Of a stretch of DNA of 34,259 bases, positions 11,259 to 23,192 are shown one piece after another. The DNA is from Octopus bimaculoides (lineage: Eukaryota). The translations under genes and the position numbers were made by a program. The stretch is taken from assembly GCF_001194135.2 (NCBI RefSeq), contig NC_068989.1:73034904-73069162 (forward strand), written 5' to 3'. How positions within the stretch are numbered: the stretch's first letter is position 1; every line of letters begins with the position of its first letter. The notes under the pieces were generated by a model. That model did not search any database, had not been told where the DNA came from, and saw only the letters and a program-made list of their open reading frames with translations.

Positions 11259-11621
11259 CAAAAAGTCACAAAAGCAAAGTTTGAAGGAGATAGTACTCAC
11301 TAACACTTACTGACCAGAAACAAATAAATAAATAAAATTTGTTACACAGTGTAATGAACCAATCCAGCACTGAGAGACTGACACTCGCTGTTTTGTTTCT
11401 GTCTGTCTGAGACCTGAGGAGAGATAGACTCTTCAAGGGTCTAAAGATGTTCAAGTCATGTCGTTTGTGACGACGGCACCGCTGCACCTCGATCGGAGTA
11501 ACCGTGAAAAAATTTATATATATATACATACACACATATATTTATGTACATACATATATATATGTACATATATATGTGTACACACACACATACACACACA
11601 CACACACAAATATATAAATAA

Positions 11622-11670
<49 letters not shown>

Positions 11671-11674
<4 letters not shown>

Positions 11675-12511
11675 CTGACGTACCCGGTAATTTCCGGGAA
11701 AGCGGGGCTTATCCCTTGGGTCCGTTCTCATAATTGCTTCGCTAATCCAGTGACAACAATACAAAGTATGTAGCCCTTAAAACGGTTTTTGTGCATTTAT
11801 TGAGAATACCAGAGTGCCTTCACAGGATCTTGTTTTTAGGAATTCCCAATAAGTTATGAATACCCAAATTGTGAAGTCAGTTATGTAATTACAGGAAATT
11901 AGTCACCCGATAGTAAGAATTCAAATAAAGTAGCCCCGAAAAAGGCTTTAATGGGTTCCCAGAGCATATAAAACTTAGGAGGAAATACTAATAAGGTATG
12001 TATACTAAAATCGTGAAGCATGTTACGTAATAACAGGCTAATCATATATGAGATAATAACAGTTCAAAGTAAATAACTCTGAAAAGAGCTTTTGTGTGTT
12101 CCTTAGACAACATTACCCTCAGCGGCGCTAGTGTTGATATAAATCACTAACTGAAATAAGTGGATCTATTGTTTAGGAAAATACTATTTATTTTTTTAAG
12201 GGTAGTACTGGATAAATTGCGAAAATAACTCTAACAATTCAAATACTAAGAAATAACCATACTCAATTTGATTTATACCAAATGATTTAGGAAAATGGCT
12301 ATTAAAATGAACTGTATTAGGTATATTTATTAGGATCCCTTCCAAGTGCCGTATTATCGATTTTTCAACAATATGAGTATGCCATAAGATTTCCAGACAT
12401 GATTTCTACTCACGTGTCAAGTTTCATCAAAATCGAAAAAACAATGTAGGAGGAGTTAGCTAACAACTTCACAAACACACACACAGACGAATTTCCCACA
12501 TATGTAGTAGA
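11671..12511 (-). mobile_element. Complete non-autonomous Helitron (841 bp)
   Basis: On the minus strand: 5' TC start, 3' CTAA (CTRR) end, hairpin CCCGG-AAATTA-CCGGG (11683-11698) ending 12 nt from the 3' end, insertion between A and T with no TSD, short (TG) tract near the 5' end. Confidence 0.85.
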
Positions 12512-12534
12512 TATATCTATATATATACACACTT

Positions 12535-12622
<88 letters not shown>

Positions 12623-12654
12623 ACATATATATATATATATATATGTACATATAT

Positions 12655-12963
12655 GTGCTTTAGTGGTTAGGGCATTCGGCTCGTAAACGTAAGGTCGTGA
12701 GCTCAATTCCCGGTGACGCGTTGTGTCCTTGAGCAAGACTCTTTATTTCACGTTGCTCTAGTCCACTCAGCTGGCAAAAATGAGTAGTACCTGTATCTGA
12801 AAGGGCCAGCCTTGTCACACTCTGTGTTACGCTGAATCTTCTTAAGAACTACGTTAAGGGTACACGTGTCTGTGCTCATCCACATTTACGTTAATTCCAC
12901 GAGCAACTTGTTCCGTTGATCGCATCAGCTGGGACCCTCGTTGTCGTAACCGACGACGTGCTC
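12655..12963 (+). mobile_element. Family-B2 tRNA-headed CORE-like SINE
   Basis: tagtggttagggcattcgg head; tgtgtccttgagcaagact CORE-like block; 3' block ttaagggtacacgtgtc shared with B1. Confidence 0.88.
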
Positions 12964-13064
12964 CTATCTATATGTACATGTGTGTGTGGGGGGGTCTGTC
13001 TGTGTGTGTGTGTGGGGGGTCTGTCTGTGTGTGTGTGTGTGTGTGTGTGTAAGCAAATATAAAT

Positions 13065-13283
13065 ATCAGCAAAGTCATGCAGCGAATAGGCGGAAGAAAA
13101 CTAATCACTTTCCTTGAGGAAAATTACTTTCTGACTGACACCCAACATAATTTCCGACCAGGAAGAAGCTGCCTGACTCAGCACTTGCAACACTACGACT
13201 GGATGCTGAAACAGCTGCTCAACCACTGAAATGTGGATGGGATGTATCTCGACTTTGCAAAAGCGTTCGATAAAATGGAATGA
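13065..13283 (+). mobile_element. CR1/L2-type LINE reverse-transcriptase fragment (dead)
   Basis: Own translation: ISKVMQRIGGRKLITFLEENYFLTDTQHNFRPGRSCLTQHLQHYDWMLKQLLNH*NVDGMYLDFAKAFDKME*, matching the QHGFR.GRSC and YLDF.KAFD RT motifs; in-frame stop at 13227. Confidence 0.88.
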
Positions 13284-13329
13284 TATATCACCAGCATTCA
13301 AAGGATTACAATAATTCTTTCTGCTAAAA

Positions 13330-13455
13330 GCTAGTCGATTACATTGACCCCACTGCTCAACAGTACATATTTTATCAATCTCGGACTCAGAACGTGAAGA
13401 CAGACGAAATGCCGCAAAGCATTTTGTCGGGCGTGCTAACGATTCTGCCAGTCTT
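13330..13455 (-). mobile_element. Internally deleted family-A SINE
   Basis: gtcgattacattgacccc, ctcagaacg, gcgtgctaacgattctgccag. Confidence 0.8.
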
Positions 13456-13891
13456 TCAGAACATTATAATAATAAGAAACAAATGACATTAAAAGAACTA
13501 ATAATCTAAAGATATTTGTATTTCCTCTGGTTTGTGTCTCATTCCACAGCAATAGTCAAAACACCAGTGCATATGTTGGCTCCCTTTTTGTGTTTTACAA
13601 AAACTCACAGCTGTGTTCTTCCTGTACGTAAGCGAGTATCTCTTGATCATATAATTGTTTTTGGCATTTTTCATTGGTACACTGCAGAGTCAGTAACATG
13701 TGAAACAGATGCGAGAGCATGTTTGAACTTCGTCTACCTGTAGTCTTGTATTTATTTATGTTTACAGAGAGAGAGAGAGAGAGGTGGGGGGAGGTTAGAG
13801 AGAAAGAGAGAGAGGGTATGGAATGTTCAGAATTATGTAGTCATACTATATATATGTATTTATACATCAATCGTTCTTGCCTCTCTTTCTG

Positions 13892-13923
<32 letters not shown>

Positions 13924-13997
13924 CACACACACACATCGTTTTTTTTTTTTTTTTACGGTAGAATTGTACATAGATAAAGCTATGAATAATTCTTATT

Positions 13998-14207
13998 AAT
14001 TTTGGCCCAAGGTCAAAAATTTTGATGGGGAGAGGACAATCCGATTACAGTGATCCCTCAGCTAAAATGGCACTTAATTTATCGACCCCGAAAGTGGGAT
14101 TAAAGGCAAAGCCGACCTCGGTGACATTTGAGTTCAGAACGCAAAGCATTGCTGCTTTGCATTTTGTCCGATGTACTAGCGATCCTTCCAGCTCGATGCC
14201 TTAGATA
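13998..14207 (-). mobile_element. Diverged family-A SINE (A-double-prime tail)
   Basis: aattttggcccaaggtc tail; aatttatcgaccccgaaag; aaggcaaagccgacctcgg; ttccagctcg head. Confidence 0.8.
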
Positions 14208-14383
14208 AGGCTATAAATAATAACATGTGGAATATTGGGAGGCCTTCGACATTTTACATCCAAGGGTTTTTATAATCCCAAAATTCCATTGGCTGTTATT
14301 TATAGCTTTATCTACATCGAGTTCCACCGTTAAGAAAAAAACAAACGATTTCATATCTAAGTTTCTAAATTCTCATATAGATG

Positions 14384-14438
<55 letters not shown>

Positions 14439-14624
14439 TTATATACATGTGTGTTATGTATGGATAGACATACATACATACATACTCTCTCTCTCTCTTT
14501 CTTCCTCTCTTCCTTATCGATAGTGTTGTCATTGATTTTCGAGGAAACGTAAACTCAGTGTTCCAATTGTAACCATTCCTTGTTTTTCGTTGTACCAAGA
14601 AAAATGTTCTGGTGGGATTTGAGG

Positions 14625-14765
14625 GAAGGTGCGTAGCCTTAGGGTTACGACGCACGGTTCATAACCGCAAAATTGTGGGTTCAACACCCGGACCGGGTGG
14701 CACATTATGTCCTTGAGCAAGGTACTTCATTTCATGTTGCTCCAGTCTACTCATCAGTAAATATA
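14625..14765 (+). mobile_element. 5' half of a family-B2 CORE-like SINE
   Basis: gggttcaacaccc B-box-like; ttatgtccttgagcaaggtacttcatttcatgttgctccagtctactca. Confidence 0.75.
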
Positions 14766-14825
14766 TTCTAATCGGTTATTGGTGCATCTCTGTCTGTCTC
14801 TTCCTGTCTCTTCTCCCCCACCCCG

Positions 14826-14861
<36 letters not shown>

Positions 14862-14944
14862 ATCAGCTGACATCCTGTATGTTGTTCCTCTTAAGCGGAG
14901 GATCAGAGAGACTAAAAAGTGCCTTTGTCTGAGCTCGCATACAC

Positions 14945-15148
14945 ATTCTTTTCTACTATAGGCACAAGGCCCGAAACTTTTGGAGAGGGGGTTGCCAGTC
15001 GATTAGATCGACCCCAGTACACAAATGGTAGTTAATTTATTGACCCCGGAAAGATGAAAGGCAAAGTTGACCTCGGCGGAATTTGAACTCAGAACTTTAA
15101 GATAGTCGAAATACCCGCTGAGCGTTTCGCCCGGCGTGCTAACGTTTC
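14945..15148 (-). mobile_element. Family-A SINE whose head is cut at the target site by an A-prime insertion
   Basis: Tail ttctactataggcacaaggcc; body; the head ends at gcgtgctaacgtttc (15134-15148) instead of continuing tgccagctc. Confidence 0.9.
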
Positions 15149-15309
15149 TTATTTCTTTATTGCCCACAAGGGGCTAAACATAGAGGGGACAAACAAGGAC
15201 AGACAAAGGGATTAAGTTGATTACATTGACCCCAGTGCGTAACTGGTACTTAATTTATCGTCCCCGAAAGGATGAAAGGTAAAGTCGACCTCGGCGAAAT
15301 TTGAAGATA
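15149..15309 (-). mobile_element. Family A-prime SINE (SINE-A body + Tx1/L1-like 3' tail), 5' part missing
   Basis: Sense 3' end ...cccctctatgtttagccccttgtgggcaataaagaaataa joined to gaaacgttagcacgc; body gtcgactttacctttcatcctttcgggg. Confidence 0.88.
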
Positions 15310-16016
15310 GTGCTCCAGCATGACNNNNNNNNNNNNNNNNNNNNNNNNNNNNNNNNNNNNNNNNNNNNNNNNNNNNNNNNNNNNNNNNNNNNNNNNNNNN
15401 NNNNNNNNNNNNNNNNNNNNNNNNNNNNNNNNNNNNNNNNNNNNNNNNNNNNNNNNNNNNNNNNNNNNNNNNNNNNNNNNNNNNNNNNNNNNNNNNNNNN
15501 NNNNNNNNNNNNNNNNNNNNNNNNNNNNNNNNNNNNNNNNNNNNNNNNNNNNNNNNNNNNNNNNNNNNNNNNNNNNNNNNNNNNNNNNNNNNNNNNNNNN
15601 NNNNNNNNNNNNNNNNNNNNNNNNNNNNNNNNNNNNNNNNNNNNNNNNNNNNNNNNNNNNNNNNNNNNNNNNNNNNNNNNNNNNNNNNNNNNNNNNNNNN
15701 NNNNNNNNNNNNNNNNNNNNNNNNNNNNNNNNNNNNNNNNNNNNNNNNNNNNNNNNNNNNNNNNNNNNNNNNNNNNNNNNNNNNNNNNNNNNNNNNNNNN
15801 NNNNNNNNNNNNNNNNNNNNNNNNNNNNNNNNNNNNNNNNNNNNNNNNNNNNNNNNNNNNNNNNNNNNNNNNNNNNNNNNNNNNNNNNNNNNNNNNNNNN
15901 NNNNNNNNNNNNNNNNNNNNNNNNNNNNNNNNNNNNNNNNNNNNNNNNNNNNNNNNNNNNNNNNNNNNNNNNNNNNNNNNNNNNNNNNNNNNNNNNNNNN
16001 NNNNNNATATATATAT

Positions 16017-16179
16017 GACGGGCTTCTATCAGTTTCCATCCATCAAATCCACTCACAAGGCTTTGGTCGACCCAAGGCTATAGTAGAAAACACATGCCCA
16101 AGGTGCCACGCGGGGGTGGGACTGAACCCGGAAGCATGTGGTTGAGAAGCAAGCTTCTTATCACACAGCCACGCCAGCG
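16017..16179 (-). mobile_element. Family-C tRNA-headed CORE-like SINE, 5' part
   Basis: gacgggcttctatcagtttcc...tagtagaaaacacatgcccaaggtgccac...gactgaacccgg...cacacagccacgcc; the reverse complement has A/B-box-like and GGCACCTTGGGCA CORE-like motifs. Confidence 0.85.
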
Positions 16180-16749
16180 TTTTTTGAAAATTTTATTTAG
16201 AAATATTCATTTTTCAGATAGCAACCGATTCTCGCTTGCGAGTGACGGGTGGGTGTATTTATAGCACTTGAAGGAGATTTGGCTGGGATATCTAGCACGT
16301 TAAGCGATCACTAAGAGACATGCCGAGTAGTTCGTCACTGTTGTCATTATTTCTGCTGCAGTTTTTGTTCTTCCTTCTAAAAATACAGTCTTCTTTACAG
16401 AAACACTCTTCTACCATGTTATGTCATGCCTGTATTCATTTGAATGACGTTCGAAAGTCGAACATCTTCTCCATTACTAAAGAAACAGGAAAAAAAAATT
16501 GTATAAGACATGACGGCAAGAGATTAGGTTTAACAAAAAGTGTATATATATAATGAGATTGTATAAATCGTTCGCTACTTACTACTTCAATCTAATTTTT
16601 TCTTTTGCCATTTATTTATTTATCTATTTATTTTCTAAGCAATTAAACTTAGTCTGTCGCATTCATTTAGTTCTAAAATCGGTTTTCATTCACCAAAACA
16701 GCTAGCTGCTGGATTGTATTAAAAAAAGGAGAATGGTGGATTATAAACA

Positions 16750-16784
<35 letters not shown>

Positions 16785-17389
16785 AAACAGTATTCTCGTC
16801 ATTTACACACACACACACACATATATTAAATAATAATAATAGTTTCAAATTTTAACACAAAACCAGTAATTTCATCCTTTCGGGGAACCATATAGTTGGG
16901 AAGCAAGCTTCTTACCACGTAGCCATACTTGAACTTTTTATCAGTAAAATGATGACAAATTTATAAAGACAAAAGTTATGAATTTACAAGTTAATGATTT
17001 CCTTGTGATTGATCAGATCTCTTTTTATTTTAATAGCCATTATTAGTTTTATCATGTATAATATAATTACTACCTTATGTTATCACACTGCTCCCCTCAT
17101 CACCTCCTAAAGCCTAGTGCCCTCTTCGACATGCCCAGCGCCCCTTTGCGGGAGGTAACGCCCCCGTTGAGAACTTCTGATGTTGAGGCATCTCACGTAG
17201 AGTATTCATCGATACTGTGTTTGTTATGTTATGTAATAAAAGTAAAGAAAAAAATATTTCCAAGCCTAAAACAGAATAACTCTTGTCAATGTACTCTCTC
17301 CTGTAGACAGTAACAAGAATATCAAAGTTGCAAATTGCCAGAAAACCTACTTTCGTCTTCTAAAACCAAACTGGTAGGCGCACGCGCGC

Positions 17390-17432
<43 letters not shown>

Positions 17433-17599
17433 TGTTATATATACATGTGTGTGTGTGTGTGTATAAAGAAATAACATTTTGTTATTTAGGTATGAAAATG
17501 TTACACAAATCGAGTGGAAAAGATACAATGCGATGCCAACAGCAACAGAATTCAATCAGAACATCGGAAAAAAAATCCTTTCCTGAGTTTGTTCCGGCT

Positions 17600-17665
17600 C
17601 TATAAGTTCTGGTTTCAAATCCCGCTGAGGTAAACTTTACCATTCATTCTTTCCTGGTCGATAGA
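17600..17665 (+). mobile_element. Family-A SINE fragment next to gap
   Basis: ttctggtttcaaatcccgctgaggtaaactttaccattcattctttcctggtcgata. Confidence 0.65.
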
Positions 17666-18749
17666 TTAGCGTCNNNNNNNNNNNNNNNNNNNNNNNNNNN
17701 NNNNNNNNNNNNNNNNNNNNNNNNNNNNNNNNNNNNNNNNNNNNNNNNNNNNNNNNNNNNNNNNNNNNNNNNNNNNNNNNNNNNNNNNNNNNNNNNNNNN
17801 NNNNNNNNNNNNNNNNNNNNNNNNNNNNNNNNNNNNNNNNNNNNNNNNNNNNNNNNNNNNNNNNNNNNNNNNNNNNNNNNNNNNNNNNNNNNNNNNNNNN
17901 NNNNNNNNNNNNNNNNNNNNNNNNNNNNNNNNNNNNNNNNNNNNNNNNNNNNNNNNNNNNNNNNNNNNNNNNNNNNNNNNNNNNNNNNNNNNNNNNNNNN
18001 NNNNNNNNNNNNNNNNNNNNNNNNNNNNNNNNNNNNNNNNNNNNNNNNNNNNNNNNNNNNNNNNNNNNNNNNNNNNNNNNNNNNNNNNNNNNNNNNNNNN
18101 NNNNNNNNNNNNNNNNNNNNNNNNNNNNNNNNNNNNNNNNNNNNNNNNNNNNNNNNNNNNNNNNNNNNNNNNNNNNNNNNNNNNNNNNNNNNNNNNNNNN
18201 NNNNNNNNNNNNNNNNNNNNNNNNNNNNNNNNNNNNNNNNNNNNNNNNNNNNNNNNNNNNNNNNNNNNNNNNNNNNNNNNNNNNNNNNNNNNNNNNNNNN
18301 NNNNNNNNNNNNNNNNNNNNNNNNNNNNNNNNNNNNNNNNNNNNNNNNNNNNNNNNNNNNNNNNNNNNNNNNNNNNNNNNNNNNNNNNNNNNNNNNNNNN
18401 NNNNNNNNNNNNNNNNNNNNNNNNNNNNNNNNNNNNNNNNNNNNNNNNNNNNNNNNNNNNNNNNNNNNNNNNNNNNNNNNNNNNNNNNNNNNNNNNNNNN
18501 NNNNNNNNNNNNNNNNNNNNNNNNNNNNNNNNNNNNNNNNNNNNNNNNNNCAGAAACCGTTACTAATTATCATATTCATCTCTGTCTCCTCCACAATCAC
18601 CTCCATCCATTCAGGGCGGTATTTGGACTCAGAATGTTCATAGTCAAGAGAAATAACGCAAAATGTTTTTTTTCCAACACTGGCAGTTTTGTCCGGTCTT
18701 TGAATTAGGCAGGGATATGACGAGTACATCAACCCTAGTACCACAACTA

Positions 18750-18925
18750 ATACTCCTTTCTATTGTAGGCACATGGCCTCAAACTTTGTGGGAGGGAGCT
18801 AGTGCATTACATTGACTTCAATGCTCAACTGGTACTTACTTCATTGATCCTGAAAGGACGAAAGGCGAAGTCAACCTCAGCGGAATTTGAATTTAGAACA
18901 TAAAGACTGACGGAATATCGCTTAC
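18750..18925 (-). mobile_element. Family-A SINE lacking its head, adjacent to a B1 SINE
   Basis: cctttctattgtaggcacatggcc tail; aactggtactta; gaaaggcgaagtcaacctcagcggaatttgaa. Confidence 0.85.
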
Positions 18926-18941
18926 AACTCACAGTCTATGT

Positions 18942-19266
18942 TGGCACTCCGTCGCTTACGACGTCGAGGATTCCAATTGATCCGATCAACGGAACAGCCT
19001 GCTCGTGAAATTAACGTGCAAGTGGCAGAGCACTCCACAGACACGTGTACCCATAACGTAGTTCTCGGGGATATTCAGCGTGACACAGTGTGACAAGGCT
19101 GACCCTTTGAATTACAGGCACAACAGAAACAGGAAGTAAGAGTGAGAGAAAGCTGTGGTGAAAGAGTACAGCAGGGTTCACCACCATCCCTTGCCGGAGC
19201 CTCGTGGAGCTTTAGTTGTTTTCGCTCAATAAACACTCACAACGCCCGGTCTGGGAATCGAAACCG
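18942..19266 (-). mobile_element. Family-B1 SINE (head hidden in gap 19267-19557)
   Basis: Near-exact reverse complement of 29810-30138. Confidence 0.92.
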
Positions 19267-19557
19267 NNNNNNNNNNNNNNNNNNNNNNNNNNNNNNNNNN
19301 NNNNNNNNNNNNNNNNNNNNNNNNNNNNNNNNNNNNNNNNNNNNNNNNNNNNNNNNNNNNNNNNNNNNNNNNNNNNNNNNNNNNNNNNNNNNNNNNNNNN
19401 NNNNNNNNNNNNNNNNNNNNNNNNNNNNNNNNNNNNNNNNNNNNNNNNNNNNNNNNNNNNNNNNNNNNNNNNNNNNNNNNNNNNNNNNNNNNNNNNNNNN
19501 NNNNNNNNNNNNNNNNNNNNNNNNNNNNNNNNNNNNNNNNNNNNNNNNNNNNNNNNN

Positions 19558-19760
19558 GGGGCTAAACATAGAGGGGACAAACAAGGACAGACAAAGGGAT
19601 TACATCGAACCCCAGTGCGTAACTGGTACTTAATTTATCGACCCTGAAAGGATGAAAGGTAAAGTTGACCTCAGCGGAATTTGAACTCAGAACGTAACGA
19701 CAGACGAAATACCGCTAAGTATTTCGTCCAGCGTGCTAACGATTCCGCCAGCTCGTCGCC
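19558..19760 (-). mobile_element. Family A-prime SINE with intact SINE-A head and Tx1/L1-like tail (3' junction hidden by gap)
   Basis: 45 nt of tail (19558-19602) identical to 15170-15214; head gcgtgctaacgattccgccagctcgtcgcc. Confidence 0.9.
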
Positions 19761-21456
19761 TTCGTATCACCACTCATAATAACAGTGTCTTTAATTTTCT
19801 TGTATTTTTTTTTTTTTTTAATAATAATAGAGATATTGGATTTTACGGACAAAGCTGTTAAAAACAAAGTCAGATGGAAGTGAATTATTATAAAGAAAAT
19901 TAGGAAAAAAATGGGTATTAACTCAGATCTATACATCAGGGAATAAATAATGAAATATATTTTGTCGTAATAATGATAGATGGTGCTTTTGATCTTTGTC
20001 TTAAACCGGTTTCTAACGATAATAAAATAGCTATTTTAAACCATTCTCAATTACAAATAATGTTACTATGGTGATAAGAAAATATAATTGAAAAAAAAAA
20101 ATTAAGGAAAAAAAAGTAAGTGTACACGTTACAAAACAACTGGATTTAACTCTTCTATTGAGAGTAATGAAAGAAAGAAAAGGATAGGAAAATGAGCATT
20201 AACTCTGTTTTGCGCAGTTGTGTGTGTGTGTGCGCGCGCGCGTGTGTGTGTAACTTTTCCATCTTGGATTCTGTTTATAACGTGTATAATTTAATTTAAT
20301 GCTTATATTAGAAAGTCTTAACCGTTCTACTTTATCATAGGCAAATAACATTATTACGGTGTTGATCTTTTCCAAATTATAGCAATATTGTGAACTTCAA
20401 ACGTGGAAGCTAAATTAAATAATGAATACGTAAATATTCTTATATGTATGTATGTATGTATGTATGCATATATATAACGACACTTTAGAGACTGAATACT
20501 ATAAATTCATTTATTGATTCTTGAAGGAATTGAACACACATATTGTATCTTACGTTGGACATATGGTATTGTTCCTGTGATTTTCCACCCTTATGTATCC
20601 ATTTTTACTATAAGATATATATATATATATATATATGTATAAAAGAAGTTTGAAAATGCCAATATATAAAAAATGAATTTTAATTTATAATTTTGTCAGA
20701 GATATTTAACATGTTTCGGTTCTTGAAAAAACGAACCTTATCAAAAATACATATTTAAAAAAATGTGTAATTAAAAGAAAAGTTCATAATTGTTCCTTAC
20801 TGGTGTCAACATAGTCCACGTTTTTTGTATGGGTACATTACGGCTGTCTAGTGCGTTGACTTGAATCGTTGGTTGTAGTAGTAGTAGTGACCCTGTTGGT
20901 AATGGTAAATATATATATATGCATATGTATATATATTTATATATGAGAGAGAAATGGATAGGTGGAAAGATTGGTTGATAGATAGGTAGATTGATAGAAA
21001 ATTGATGCATAAGCATAAAAAAATACATCCACGTTAATCAAGAGCTCGATTTGTAACACATCATTTAACTCCAATATGTTATTACAATGCAGTAAATATA
21101 AATAGAACCAAGTTGCATATATACGCATGATTGACTTGAAGTGAAATTTTAGAGCAACATTAAAAATATAAAGCAGAAAAGCAGATTTCACATAAAGACT
21201 ATTTGTGCTCGACAGTTGTTTCACTAGCAATAAACATCATTAATTCCGTGATTCCGTAATACTCCCGATGAGTTAATAATTCCACAACGCTCTCAATGAT
21301 TTTGGTAAACATTGCTTTTAAATCAATTTACTGTGATTTAATTAATTGCATATCATAATTAAATAATTATGAAACTAGGTTTATGAAATTATGTTTATTG
21401 CTAATGAAACAGCTGTTCAGCACAATTAAATTGAAACTTACGCTTCTCAGTTTTGT

Positions 21457-21458
<2 letters not shown>

Positions 21459-21547
<89 letters not shown>

Positions 21548-21625
21548 AGTACGTATGTGTGTGTGTATGTATGTATATATGTATGTATGTAGAGATAGAT
21601 AGATAGATAGATAGATAGATATAGA
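21459..21625. repeat. (TG)n and (GATA)n microsatellites
   Basis: Direct reading. Confidence 0.95.
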
Positions 21626-21799
21626 TAAATTGCTGTTTGTACCGGTACTGAAATGTACCAGTAAGTTCCAATTGATTTGCGTTTTCAGAATATAACTTTG
21701 TTGTTGTATCGTGGGAGGGTCATTTTGTCAAAAAAAAAAAAAAAAAAAAAAAAAATCACCCGCCGAGTTCCTATTTAATTTCTTCTTCATCGTCGTCGA

Positions 21800-21895
21800 T
21801 AAATTAAGTACCAGTGAAACACTGGGGTCAATGTAATCGATTAGTCCCCTCACCCAAAATTTCAGGCCTTGTGCCTATAGTAGAAAGGATCATTG
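21800..21895 (+). mobile_element. 3' half of a family-A SINE with (ATT)n tail
   Basis: gtcgataaattaagtaccagtgaaacactggggtcaatgtaatcg...ggccttgtgcctatagtagaaagg. Confidence 0.85.
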
Positions 21896-21899
21896 TTAT

Positions 21900-22356
21900 T
21901 ATTATTATTGTGAGAGAGAGAGAGCAGTGCATGCCATCAAAGTAACACTGGGGTAAAATATACAAAGCCCAGTATACCCATCATGGATACTTGCCTGATA
22001 AGGGTACACCAAGCACATACATCACAACCATATGTGCGTGACAAGGTGATCTCATATCAAGATAAACAGTGCATGACCTTGCGGGTGGGGCCCAGTTAGA
22101 ATTTTCTTCAGGTTGAGTATCTCATCCCGCTCAAAAGGTCCCTGAGTAAGGGTTGTTTAAGGATGTTGAATGAAACACACATGTTTCCAGAGGTGTATTA
22201 TCCAAACTCCAGAGAATTCCTCTCAACGCATGTCTATGATGCTCCCCTACTATTTCTACTTGTGATCAGAGATGCACATATCATCAGCCACTAAGGGACG
22301 TGCTCAATTGGTTACGGTCAAACGACTGACAAGCAGATCTGTAGTATTGAGTAGAA

Positions 22357-22357
<1 letters not shown>
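21900..22357 (-). mobile_element. Interspersed repeat family D (probably a LINE 3' UTR or a SINE), ending in (CT)n-(AAT)n on its sense strand
   Basis: Homologous segments at 11209-11258 and 32845-32921; simple-repeat tail; no ORF or clear tRNA head, so class is uncertain. Confidence 0.65.
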
Positions 22358-22425
<68 letters not shown>

Positions 22426-22525
22426 ATAGGCACCAGTTGGGTACTAAGATTAATGTAATCGCCTAGAACCCTCCCAAAATTTTCAGGCATTGAGCCTATA
22501 TTAGAAAGGATTATTATTATTATTA

Positions 22526-22583
<58 letters not shown>

Positions 22584-22590
22584 TATTATT
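22358..22590 (+). repeat. (TTA)n arrays enclosing a short family-A SINE 3' fragment (22429-22510)
   Basis: Direct reading; ccaaaattttcaggcattgagcctatattagaaagg tail. Confidence 0.85.
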
Positions 22591-22921
22591 AATCAGCTAA
22601 TTGAGCAATTAACCAATTAACTAACAGATTGCATAGTTAATCTTTCAACTATTCAATCAGTTGGTTTGTCTGAATCCTTTAGTCGCTATTCGCAACCTCA
22701 TTCATAACATACTCTGATTACTCTACATTTGTCTTGTTATTTCCAAGCTTCTGTTAGAATATTTCTCCGTTTTTGGGTGGTGGAACGTGTGTGTGTCAAT
22801 GCGTGCGTGAGTGTATGTGAATGTGAGTGTTTGGTAGTGTGTGAGAGACGAATATGTAGTTGTTTTAGTTCGTTATAAATATAAATTTATCTATGTATGT
22901 ATCTGTCTGTCTATATGAGTG

Positions 22922-22977
<56 letters not shown>

Positions 22978-23152
22978 TATACGTACATACATGAATATAT
23001 ATATATATTCTCATTAGTGAGTGTATGTGTGCGCATATATGTGTGCGTTTGTATGTAGATATATGTGTACGTACACACACACGCGCGCAATCATATATAC
23101 ACATACAAGTATATGTTTGTGCATGAGTGAGTGTATGTGTGTGCGTGTATAT

Positions 23153-23192
<40 letters not shown>

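Noticed and set aside
15149-16179. Idea that A-prime (15149) and the family-C SINE (16017) form one composite element across the gap
   Set aside because: The piece at 15310-15324 (gtgctccagcatg) matches, from my recollection of the family-C consensus, its 3' end in the opposite orientation; the 682-nt gap hides the junction
16419-16476. Strong minus-strand acceptor (ttttcctgtttctttag) followed by NGEDVRLSNVIQMNTGMT*
   Set aside because: No upstream phase-compatible exon could be supported and there is no homology
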